Of a stretch of DNA of 64,000 nt, positions 39,660-48,154 are shown in pieces. The notes beneath the pieces are model-generated. The model searched no databases. It was given only the letters and a program-made list of their open reading frames with translations, and was not told the origin of the DNA. Within the stretch, counting starts at the first letter, position 1. Each line of letters begins with the position of its first letter. The DNA comes from Nitrospirota bacterium (GTDB taxonomy: Bacteria > Nitrospirota > Nitrospiria > JACQBZ01), in contig JACQBZ010000028.1 in assembly GCA_016194285.1 (NCBI GenBank), positions 25,320-89,319 on the forward strand, in the 5' to 3' direction. Made by a program: the position numbers and the translations under genes.

Positions 39660-42209
39660 ATGAAGAAGATGCTCGCAACCGCGTTGGTTTCAATGATCTG
39701 CGCGTTGGGGATCACCGCCTGCAGCGGAGGGGGCGGCAGTTCATCGGGAAGCGCCGGAGGTTCCGTGACCGGCTTCAGCGTGCCGACCGAGATATCGGCC
39801 GTGCCGACGAATCAGTCCGGGGGGGGTGTTCAGGCGACCTTGAAATCCAAGCTCGTCGCCTTGCAGGCGGCGACCGATCCTGGAACGGATTACAGCAACG
39901 CGAAGACCGTAAAGTTCGTGGAGGAGCGCACGCTTGAACAGTTTGATATCATCGAGCAGATCATGAAGGCGTTGGCTCAAACGAAATACGCCGACCCGGC
40001 GAACGTCAATCAAGGGCCCTACAAGGCCATGATCGCCTGGCAGGACAACCAAAACGGTGTTGAAACTAAAACGCTGGAGCCCTGGGTGGTGGATTCCAGC
40101 ATGATCGTGGAAAACGGTCAAAACGTGAATCGCGTGCAGGTCTGGGTGGAAGAGCCGGATGAAATGGGAGGAACGCGCGTCGTCAAAGCCGAATTTAAGA
40201 TCTATGCCTCGGCGACCCAACGGAGCGACGGTTCCTATCAGGATTACGGCGTCTGGACACTGAACGTCAAATTTGACGACGCGGCGACCTCCTTCTTCGC
40301 GGCCGACGCCTCGATCGGACCGAACGGGGAAACGATTCTCAAGCTCCACGAGAACTCGATTGAAAACCAGGTGCTGCATGTGGCGAAAGCCATATTGAAC
40401 AAATCCGACACGCAGGGGTTCGGACAGGTGCTCTATCCGGACTGGAGCAACTGCATGGATCTGAACTGCATTCCGACGTCGGTGACGGCGAAGTACGTAT
40501 ACGACGCGAATGATCTCGGGGTGCAAAAAGGAAGCGATCCCGTGGCCTATAAAGACCGCAACACCGTCGTCGAGATGACACACCGCTACGGGCTGTTTGA
40601 CAGCGTCACGGGCGATGATGTCATGAGGACGAAGTCGTTCGGTTTCCCGGTCCAGTTTACACTCAACGGCGTGAATCAATTCGCCTATTACGGCGCCTGG
40701 CAGGGGCGGCATCAGCTCTGGGCCGGACAGGGCGCGACGGTGCCGGCCGGGACGGTCGTGACCCGTCAGGACCGGGGCTCGAATCAGGCCCCCGAGACGT
40801 ATACCGTATCGGCGCCTTTTATCGGGACCTTGACGAAGCGGACGTTGGTGCTGGCCGATATCAACGATCTCCTGAACATTCCCGTGGAGACCTGGGTTAA
40901 TATGAATTCCAACCTTCAGTATGACGGTTCTCAATGGGTGGATTGCAAGAATCCGGACTTCAGCACCTTCCCGCCCACCTGCGGCGCGGGATCGGCTCCG
41001 TTCACCGATTTCAGCTCTCTGACGTTCAATCCCAACGACCATCGGAAGTTCATCGGGATTAACCGATGGGACAACGCCAGCCAGACGAACCTCGACTATG
41101 TTTATGAGTCCAACGGACCGTCGGGCGCCGGGTTCTATGTCGCGACCCGTGATCCGAACACCGGAAACCTGACCCCCACCGCAACATTATTTTCTCCGGT
41201 CGCCGGGGATCAGTTGTGGGTGAATATCGGCGGATCGATCTATATCATGTATACCGGAACTGGTGCGACCGGCTGGGTGCAAAAAACGCTGCTAAGTTTC
41301 GATGACAGTACTTGGACTCCCGTCTTTGATCCTACAGGAGACGTTGATTATACCCTGCCGCTGGATCGGGAATATTACATCAACAACAGCGGGGCCAATT
41401 ATGTCGTCAAAAGAACGGCGTCCGGATACGATGTCAAGATCGAACTCCAGACCGTGGCCAATCCGGTCAATGCGACCTCGTTCCTTGATCCGAACACACG
41501 GTTTATGGTCCAATGGGCGGCCTGGGGGGACGGCGTCAATTCAACCTATCGGTTTGAAACATCGAGCGGCAGCCCCGATTTTCTGAAGCTCGTTTATAAC
41601 ACGGTGGGATCCAATGACGCCAACCTGCTGAATGCCTCGGGTCAGCCGGTCCAAGCCGGCGATGTTCTCGCTCAAGGCCAATGGGGACTGATGGCCTATG
41701 TGAATGGCGTCAGCACCGGCATTCAGTACAACTGGGAATACCCGCGAGCGGGCGAGACGTGGGGAATACTGACTTACCTGATCGATTCCAACAATGCCTA
41801 CAAGCTGTTGGATGATCCGATCCGGTTGGACCCGATGACCCTGACCAACAACGGGGGCATTTCCAAAGTCTTGTCGCTACAGTACGACGGCTGGATGCAC
41901 GGTCTGCCGGATCTGTATGAAGATCTGAGAAAGAATGATTTTGTGATGACGGCCGATATTTCCAGCAAGATCATCAATATTCCGGACGGGACGGTCGCGA
42001 CCGATTCGATCGATCCGGCCAAGAGCTACCTCATCAAGCCGCTCGAGATCAGCCAGTTCCTCAACGTGGTGGCCGATCCCGGCACGCTGGATATGACGGT
42101 CGCCGACACCGTGGATCTCTCGACTGTTCCAAATTTCGTCGAGCATAACATGGGACCGATGCCGCCGGTGACGGGGGTGAAGTACTCGGAGGGAATCTTG
42201 GTGCAGTAA
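39660..42209 (+). CDS. Large (849 aa) domain-less cell-surface lipoprotein under putative c-di-GMP riboswitch control
   Basis: SD ggaggaggcaaagaaaATG. Lipobox LGITAC plus a Gly/Ser-rich linker. I recognise no conserved domain. Confidence 0.7.
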   Translation: MKKMLATALVSMICALGITACSGGGGSSSGSAGGSVTGFSVPTEISAVPTNQSGGGVQATLKSKLVALQAATDPGTDYSNAKTVKFVEERTLEQFDIIEQIMKALAQTKYADPANVNQGPYKAMIAWQDNQNGVETKTLEPWVVDSSMIVENGQNVNRVQVWVEEPDEMGGTRVVKAEFKIYASATQRSDGSYQDYGVWTLNVKFDDAATSFFAADASIGPNGETILKLHENSIENQVLHVAKAILNKSDTQGFGQVLYPDWSNCMDLNCIPTSVTAKYVYDANDLGVQKGSDPVAYKDRNTVVEMTHRYGLFDSVTGDDVMRTKSFGFPVQFTLNGVNQFAYYGAWQGRHQLWAGQGATVPAGTVVTRQDRGSNQAPETYTVSAPFIGTLTKRTLVLADINDLLNIPVETWVNMNSNLQYDGSQWVDCKNPDFSTFPPTCGAGSAPFTDFSSLTFNPNDHRKFIGINRWDNASQTNLDYVYESNGPSGAGFYVATRDPNTGNLTPTATLFSPVAGDQLWVNIGGSIYIMYTGTGATGWVQKTLLSFDDSTWTPVFDPTGDVDYTLPLDREYYINNSGANYVVKRTASGYDVKIELQTVANPVNATSFLDPNTRFMVQWAAWGDGVNSTYRFETSSGSPDFLKLVYNTVGSNDANLLNASGQPVQAGDVLAQGQWGLMAYVNGVSTGIQYNWEYPRAGETWGILTYLIDSNNAYKLLDDPIRLDPMTLTNNGGISKVLSLQYDGWMHGLPDLYEDLRKNDFVMTADISSKIINIPDGTVATDSIDPAKSYLIKPLEISQFLNVVADPGTLDMTVADTVDLSTVPNFVEHNMGPMPPVTGVKYSEGILVQ

Positions 42210-42223
42210 GACATCCGGAGGGA

Positions 42224-42258
42224 AAGGGGGGTGCCTCACGGCACCCCCCCTTTTTATT
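42224..42258. terminator. Bidirectional intrinsic terminator
   Basis: GGGGGGUGCC-ucac-GGCACCCCCC followed by UUUUUAUU, between the convergent lipoprotein and MEKHLA genes. Confidence 0.75.
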
Positions 42259-42289
42259 CGGGTGGTTGCAGGGAAATTACTTCACGGCA

Positions 42290-42745
42290 TCATAAATAAG
42301 TCCAGCGGCTGAAGGTCGCGGCCTGGCCGCGGTACCGATCCTGCTCGTCGAGCAGATTCCAGACGATGGCTTTTTCGACCCGGAAGCGTCGGCCTGTTTT
42401 GGAAATTCGCACCCCTCGATAGCCGTCCATAAAACCTTTCTTCGACACCTCGGACAGAAGTCTTGCGCGCTCGGCCTGTTCCATCGGCTCGGCCGTGAGG
42501 CACGACGGTGTTTTTGTGAACTCCTCCCACGACATTTCCCAGAGCGTCAACGCCGCCTGATTGCCGTAATTCAGAACAGGATCGTCTTCGGTACCGTGCG
42601 AGATGACGACGAACGGCATGTTGAACAAGCGCCGGGTCAGTTCTTCCGGCGAGCCGGAAGCCGGAATCAGATCCCGCCCCGTCCAACGCCGATAGCTTGA
42701 GAGCAGGCGCTGCGTGTGATCAATCAGAAAAGCCGAGATCACCAC
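42290..42745 (-). CDS. MEKHLA domain-containing protein
   Basis: 151 aa with a PAS-like MEKHLA signature (family call from memory). Confidence 0.5.
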   Translation of the reverse strand: MVISAFLIDHTQRLLSSYRRWTGRDLIPASGSPEELTRRLFNMPFVVISHGTEDDPVLNYGNQAALTLWEMSWEEFTKTPSCLTAEPMEQAERARLLSEVSKKGFMDGYRGVRISKTGRRFRVEKAIVWNLLDEQDRYRGQAATFSRWTYL

Positions 42746-43710
42746 GCATAGGCCTCGGGCGCCTCGCCGCCGTGGCCGGGCCAGATCGCGTCGAGCGCCT
42801 TCATCGTCGGTTCATCCAGATGAACTTCGACCGCGCGGAGGCTGTCCTTGAGTTGATCCATCGTGCGGGGCCCGATGATCGGTGCGGTGACGGAGGGGTT
42901 CGCCAGGAGCCAGGCCAGGGCCACAACGGCAGGCGGTTCGCCAATCTGTTTGCAGAAGGCTTCGTACCGTTCGATCTGCGGCCGGTGCTTCTCTGCAAGG
43001 GCCAGGGTCTCCGAATCGGCGCGACGGCCTTTCGTGGCTTTCTTCAACGTGCCACCAAGAATGCCGCCTGCAAGCGGGCTCCAAGGGATGAGACCCAGAC
43101 CATATTCGCGGCAGGCCGGGATCACTTCCAGTTCGATCATGCGGTTTTGCAGGCTGTAGATGCTCTGCTCACTGACCAGCCCCAAGAAATGGCGCCGGGC
43201 AGCTGTCTGGTTGGCGGTTGCGATCTGCCAGCCGGCAAAGTTGCTGCTGCCGACATAGACCACCTTGCCTTCGCGCACCAATTGCTCCATCGCTTGCCAG
43301 ATTTCCTCCCACGGCGTGTCGCGATCGATGTGGTGCATCTGGTAGAGATCGATATGATCGGTCCGGAGCCGTCGGAGGCTCTCTTCACAGGCCCGCCGGA
43401 TATGATAGGCCGAAAGGGCCCGCTCGTTGGGCCGGTCGCCCATCCGGCCGTAAACCTTCGTCGCCAGCACGATCGCCTCCCGTCGGCCGCCGCCCTGCTC
43501 GAGCCATTGGCCGATGATCTGCTCCGTCCAGCCCTCCCCTTTCTTCCATCCGTAGACATTGGCGGTGTCGAAGAAGTTGATTCCGAGCGCCAACGCCTCA
43601 TCCATGATGGCATGGCTCTCTTTTTCAGTGGTTTCAGGCCCGAAGTTCATCGTGCCGAGACAGAGACGGCTAACCTGCAGTCCGGTTCGTCCGAGTTTTG
43701 TATAGAGCAT
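42739..43710 (-). CDS. Aldo/keto reductase
   Basis: MLYTKLGRTGLQVSRLCLGTMNFG... Confidence 0.9.
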   Translation of the reverse strand: MLYTKLGRTGLQVSRLCLGTMNFGPETTEKESHAIMDEALALGINFFDTANVYGWKKGEGWTEQIIGQWLEQGGGRREAIVLATKVYGRMGDRPNERALSAYHIRRACEESLRRLRTDHIDLYQMHHIDRDTPWEEIWQAMEQLVREGKVVYVGSSNFAGWQIATANQTAARRHFLGLVSEQSIYSLQNRMIELEVIPACREYGLGLIPWSPLAGGILGGTLKKATKGRRADSETLALAEKHRPQIERYEAFCKQIGEPPAVVALAWLLANPSVTAPIIGPRTMDQLKDSLRAVEVHLDEPTMKALDAIWPGHGGEAPEAYAW

Positions 43711-43905
43711 CGCGAGATGATCCTTCCTGACTTTTTAAAAACCTACGCTTTTTGAGGGAAGAATGTCAAGAGCCGGAACCCTACCGATCGTCCAAGGTTG
43801 CTCATGGTGCTCCATAAAGCGCTTGCAAAGAACGCCGAAATCGTATAGGATGATAGGTCTTCAATTCTAAAGGTAAAATCGTTATGGCCGGGGCCATGAA
43901 TCAGC

Positions 43906-45066
43906 ATGAATAAGAAAGATAAGAAGGATAATAAAAGCATCGCACAATTACGGCGGCTGATCGACAAGCTGGATGAACAGGTCCTGGAACTTCTGAATAA
44001 GCGGGCCAAGATCGTCATGCAGATCGGCAAGCTCAAGAAGGTCAGCCTGTCCGATCTGCATGCCCCCGCGCGCGAAATGGAAATTTACGAACGGCTTTCG
44101 CGTTTGAACAAGGGACCATTTCCGAAGGAGGCCCTCCGCGCCGTCTATCGCGAGATCATCTCGGCCTCGCTCTCTTTGGAGGGCCCGCTCAAAGTGGCCT
44201 ATCTCGGTCCGAAGGCGACCTTCACCCATCTCGCCAGCCAGCGGCAGTTCGGTTTCTCGGCCTCGTATGTTCCGGTGAACAGCATCAAGGATGTCTTCAG
44301 CGAGGTGGAACGGGGGAGGGCCGATTACGGTGTGGTCCCGATCGAAAACTCGACCGAAGGGGTGGTGAATCATACGCTGGACATGTTCGTCGACTCGCCG
44401 TTGAAGATCGTGGGCGAGGTGATGCAGGAGGTGTCGCTCCACCTGATGAACAAGAGCGGAAAGATGGAGGATGTGAAGCATATCTACTCCCATCCGCAGC
44501 CGTTCGCTCAATGCCGGGTCTGGCTGGAGAACCACCTGCCCCATATCCCGACGACGGAGGTCTACAGCACCGCCCGGGCGGCCGAGCTCTGCAACGAAGA
44601 TGCGTCCGCCGCGGCGATCGCCTCCGAGCTGGCGGCCCGGCTGTACGATCTCCAGATCATCCAGCGGCGGATCGAGGACAACATCAACAACTTCACGCGG
44701 TTCCTGATCATCTCGTCCAAGGGTCTCGGCCGGACCGGCCGGGATAAGACCTCGGTCATGTTCACGATCCGCGACCGGGTCGGCGCGCTGCATGACATGC
44801 TGCAACCTTTCTCCCAGCATGGGATCAATCTGACCAAGATCGAATCCCGGCCGTCGAGGAAAAAGGCCTGGGAATATATCTTCTTTGTGGATCTCGAAGG
44901 GCATCAGGACGATGACCGGGTGAGACGCGCGCTGGAGCAGCTCAACGAGCAATGTCTTTTCTTAAAGGTGCTGGGATCTTATCCGGCGGCCAAAGAAAAA
45001 GAACGTGAGCGAGAGGGGGAGGCTCCATCCGGCTTGGCCGGTGGAGGGGGCGACGTGAGCCCCTAA
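43906..45066 (+). CDS. pheA: Bifunctional chorismate mutase / prephenate dehydratase (P-protein) with repeat-encoded C-terminal tail
   Basis: N-terminal CM (LRRLIDKLDEQVLELLNKRAKI), PDT, and ACT (SRPSRKKAWEYIFFVDLEGH). The last ~20 aa (EGEAPSGLAGGGGDVSP) are encoded by a REP-like repeat. Confidence 0.9.
   Translation: MNKKDKKDNKSIAQLRRLIDKLDEQVLELLNKRAKIVMQIGKLKKVSLSDLHAPAREMEIYERLSRLNKGPFPKEALRAVYREIISASLSLEGPLKVAYLGPKATFTHLASQRQFGFSASYVPVNSIKDVFSEVERGRADYGVVPIENSTEGVVNHTLDMFVDSPLKIVGEVMQEVSLHLMNKSGKMEDVKHIYSHPQPFAQCRVWLENHLPHIPTTEVYSTARAAELCNEDASAAAIASELAARLYDLQIIQRRIEDNINNFTRFLIISSKGLGRTGRDKTSVMFTIRDRVGALHDMLQPFSQHGINLTKIESRPSRKKAWEYIFFVDLEGHQDDDRVRRALEQLNEQCLFLKVLGSYPAAKEKEREREGEAPSGLAGGGGDVSP
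45007..45064 (+). repeat. REP-like palindromic repeat copy 1 (inside pheA 3' end)
   Basis: GAGCGAGAGGGGGAGGCTCCATCCGGCTTGGCCGGTGGAGGGGGCGACGTGAGCCCC with an internal hairpin CTCCATCCGGC/GCCGGTGGAG. Confidence 0.7.
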
Positions 45067-45072
45067 AAAAAG

Positions 45073-46079
45073 ATGATCGAGATCGGTAAACATATCGAAG
45101 GAATCGAGCCTTACAAACCGGGCAAGCCGCTGGAAGAATTGGAACGCGAACTCGGGATCAAGGATGCGATCAAACTGGCCTCGAATGAAAACCCGCTCGG
45201 CCCGTCAAAGAAGGCCCTGGCCGTTTTAAAAAAGGGATCGGCCCGGAGCAGGTGATCCTCGGGAACGGTTCGGACGAGATCATGGATCTGGCGGCCAAGA
45301 CTTTTCTGGAGCCGGGCGATGAAGCGATCCTCGGTGATTTGACGTTTGCGATCTATCGCATCAGTGTGACGGCCCATCACGGCGTCGCTGTCCGCGTTCC
45401 GCTTCGGGACGGTTGCTACGACCTGGAGGCGATGGCGCGCCGGTTGACGCCCCTCACCCGTCTGGTCTTCATCTGCAATCCGAACAACCCGACAGGGACG
45501 ATGGTCACCCGGCGGGAGTTGGATCGCTTGTTGAACCACCTGCCCTCCAATGTTCTCGTGGTCATGGACGAGGCCTATGCCGAATACGCCGACGACCCGG
45601 AATTTCCGAACACGATCGAGGACGTGAGGCGGGGCGCGCCGGTCCTGGTTCTCCGGACCTTCTCCAAGATGTACGGCCTGGCCGGTCTCCGGATCGGATA
45701 CGGTCTGTCGACGCCGGAAGTGGTCGAGGCGATGAATCGCGTCCGGCTTCCGTTCAATACCAACAGCCTGGCCCAGTCTGCGGCCCTGGCGGCTTTATCG
45801 GACGAGACCCACGTGGCTCGAAGCCTTCGGGTCAACCGCGAGGGGCGGCGTTACCTGTCCGAATCGTTCAAGGCCCTTGACCTGAGATTTTTTCCGAGCC
45901 AGGCCAACTTTATCTATGTCGATACCGGCCGGAAGGGTGAGGCCGTGTACGAAAAGCTTCTGAGAAAAGGCGTGATCGTCCGTCATATCCAGGGATCGTG
46001 GTTGCGGATTTCGATCGGCCGGCCGGCCGAGAACCGGCGGTTTGTGAAAGCGCTGGCCGACGTCTTGAAAACGAAGTAA
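45073..46079 (+). pseudogene. hisC: Histidinol-phosphate aminotransferase, disrupted (frameshift plus ~20-codon gap) or assembly error
   Basis: ORF 45073..45255 ([21 protein letters not shown]...[11 protein letters not shown]) and ORF 45252..46079 (ILGNGSDEI...) are both HisC-like but in different frames. The frame switches at the A6 run ttaaaaaaggg (~45232). The conserved ~20-aa ..YPDG...LR..LA.. segment between them is missing. Confidence 0.55.
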
Positions 46080-46096
46080 AACTATTTACCAGCTCG

Positions 46097-46188
46097 CAAA
46101 GCGAGCGAGAGGGGGAGGCTCCATCCGGCTTTGCCGGCCTGCATGCTGCGGTTCGCAGCAGACATGTGGAGGGGGCGACGCTAGCCCC
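46097..46188 (+). repeat. REP-like palindromic repeat copy 2 (intergenic, with ~30-bp hairpin insertion)
   Basis: GCGAGCGAGAGGGGGAGGCTCCATCCGGCTTTGCCGG...TGGAGGGGGCGACGCTAGCCCC. Confidence 0.65.
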
Positions 46189-46211
46189 GATCAAATGAGA
46201 AAGGGAGTTCC

Positions 46212-47228
46212 ATGATTATTGTCTTGAAACCGAACGCCACCGAGAAAGAGATCAACCATATTATCGACAAACTGAAAGAGTACGGCCTCAAGCCCCACGT
46301 CTCCCGAGGCGAGGAGCGCGTCATCATCGGAGCGATCGGGGATGAGCGCCAACTGGCCAGTCAGCCGCTGTCCATCTTCCCAGGCGTCGAGAAGGTGATG
46401 CCGATTCTGTCTCCGTACAAGCTGGTCAGCCGCGAATTTAAAAAGGCCGATTCCGTGGTGGAGGTGAACAAGAACGTCAAGATCGGCGGGAAGAAGGTTC
46501 ATGTGATGGCCGGTCCCTGCGCCGTCGAAAAACAGGATCTGCTGATCCATATCGCGCAACAGGTGAAGGAGGCCGGGGCGACGATCCTTCGCGGCGGCGC
46601 CTTCAAGCCGCGGACCTCGCCTTACAGCTTTCAGGGCCTCGAGGAGAAAGGCCTGGAGTTTCTCGTGGAGGCCAGGAAAAAGACCGGGCTTCCGATCGTG
46701 ACCGAGGTGGTGGACCCTCGCGACGTGGCGCTGGTGGCCGAGCATGCCGACATCCTCCAGGTCGGCGCGCGAAACATGCAGAACTTTCGGCTGCTGACCG
46801 AGGTGGGAGCCTATGACAAGCCGGTGCTGCTGAAGCGGGGCCTGTCGGCCACGATCAAGGAGTTCCTGCTCTCGGCCGAGTACATCATGGCGCGGGGCAA
46901 TCATAAGGTGATCCTTTGCGAACGGGGGATCCGGACGTTTGAGACCGCCACCCGAAACACCCTCGATCTGTCCGCAGTACCGGTGATCAAGGGCTTGAGC
47001 CACCTGCCGATCATCGTGGATCCCAGCCATGCGACCGGCCGGTGGGAGCTGGTCGTTCCCCTCGCGCGGGCGGCCGTGGCGGCCGGCGCGGACGGCATCA
47101 TGGTGGAGGTCCATCAAAATCCGGAAGAGGCCCTCTGCGACGGTGAGGAGTCGATCAAGCCGAATAAGTTCAAGACCATGATGGGCGAGATTCGGAAGAT
47201 TGCCGATGCGATTGGCCGCGAAATCTAG
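46212..47228 (+). CDS. 3-deoxy-7-phosphoheptulonate (DAHP) synthase, class I-beta with N-terminal regulatory domain (paralog 2)
   Basis: Same architecture as 27972..28985 (GPCAVEK...[16 protein letters not shown]). Confidence 0.85.
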   Translation: MIIVLKPNATEKEINHIIDKLKEYGLKPHVSRGEERVIIGAIGDERQLASQPLSIFPGVEKVMPILSPYKLVSREFKKADSVVEVNKNVKIGGKKVHVMAGPCAVEKQDLLIHIAQQVKEAGATILRGGAFKPRTSPYSFQGLEEKGLEFLVEARKKTGLPIVTEVVDPRDVALVAEHADILQVGARNMQNFRLLTEVGAYDKPVLLKRGLSATIKEFLLSAEYIMARGNHKVILCERGIRTFETATRNTLDLSAVPVIKGLSHLPIIVDPSHATGRWELVVPLARAAVAAGADGIMVEVHQNPEEALCDGEESIKPNKFKTMMGEIRKIADAIGREI

Positions 47229-47256
47229 TAAGGGCACGGCGCGCCGTGCCCCTTAT

Positions 47257-48153
47257 ATGATGATGTCCAAAAAACGCTTGTTCCGAAAGATCGTCATCGT
47301 GGGAGTCGGTCTGATCGGCGGGTCCCTCGGGATGGCCGCCCGAAAGAAACGCCTGGCGGACATGATCATCGGTGTAGGACCCCGCGCCGATGAGTTGAGA
47401 CGGGCGGTTGCGCGGAAGGCGGTTGATCGGTACGAAACGGATTTCCGGAAGCTTGAAAAGGCGGTTCATAAAGCGGACCTGGTGATCCTGGCCACACCGG
47501 TGGGACAATTGGAGGCCGTGTCCCGCGAGTTGGCCCCCTGCCTTTCGGAAGGAACCGTCGTCACGGATGTGGGCAGCGTCAAAGGCTACCTGGTCCGTCA
47601 TCTGGAAGAACGGTTTTCCCCCGATCCCTCGAATCGGTCGCCCTTTGTGGGGGGGCATCCGATCGCAGGCCATGAAAAATCCGGCATCGAGGCGGCCTCG
47701 GCGAATCTGTTCACGGGTGCCCTCTGCATTCTGACGCCGACCGACCGCACCTCTCCCGAGGCTTTCAAAAAAGTTCAACGGTTCTGGGAGGCGATCGGGG
47801 TCAAGACCGTTTCGATGGATCCCGACGCGCACGATCGGATCTTGGCCGTTGTGAGCCATCTGCCGCATCTGATCGCGTACGCCCTGGTCAATACCGCTCT
47901 CGAACTTCAGTCCAAGAGCGGCGATCTCCTGTCCTACTCGGCGGGCGGCTTCCGGGATTTCACCCGCGTGGCATCCAGCTCCCCCGAGATGTGGCGGGAC
48001 ATCTGCATGGCCAACCGGGAAAATCTGTTGGCCGTCATCGAGGCCTATGAGAAAACCCTGGACCGATTTAAGCGGCTCTTGGTTGAGGGCCATGCGGAAG
48101 GACTTCGTCGCGAATTTGAACGAGCCAAAACGGCGAAGGAAAAATTCAATTGA
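47257..48153 (+). CDS. tyrA: Prephenate/arogenate dehydrogenase
   Basis: IVIVGVGLIGGSLG Rossmann motif and HPIAGHEKSG. Its stop TGA (48151-48153) lies 1 nt before the aroA ATG. Confidence 0.85.
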   Translation: MMMSKKRLFRKIVIVGVGLIGGSLGMAARKKRLADMIIGVGPRADELRRAVARKAVDRYETDFRKLEKAVHKADLVILATPVGQLEAVSRELAPCLSEGTVVTDVGSVKGYLVRHLEERFSPDPSNRSPFVGGHPIAGHEKSGIEAASANLFTGALCILTPTDRTSPEAFKKVQRFWEAIGVKTVSMDPDAHDRILAVVSHLPHLIAYALVNTALELQSKSGDLLSYSAGGFRDFTRVASSSPEMWRDICMANRENLLAVIEAYEKTLDRFKRLLVEGHAEGLRREFERAKTAKEKFN

Positions 48154-48154
48154 G

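Noticed and set aside
39741-41042. 433-aa minus-strand ORF opposite the large lipoprotein gene
   Set aside because: It is antisense to a gene that has an SD, a lipobox and a terminator. Its translation is Arg/Gly/His-rich low complexity.
42697-43755. 352-aa plus-strand ORF opposite the aldo/keto reductase
   Set aside because: It is an antisense artefact. The AKR on the minus strand has canonical motifs.
47232-47251. Perfect 20-bp palindrome GGGCACGGCGCGCCGTGCCC between the aroF-like gene and tyrA
   Set aside because: It is a GC-only hairpin without a U-tract, lying between tightly linked co-directional genes. It is likely an incidental or weak attenuator, not pursued.
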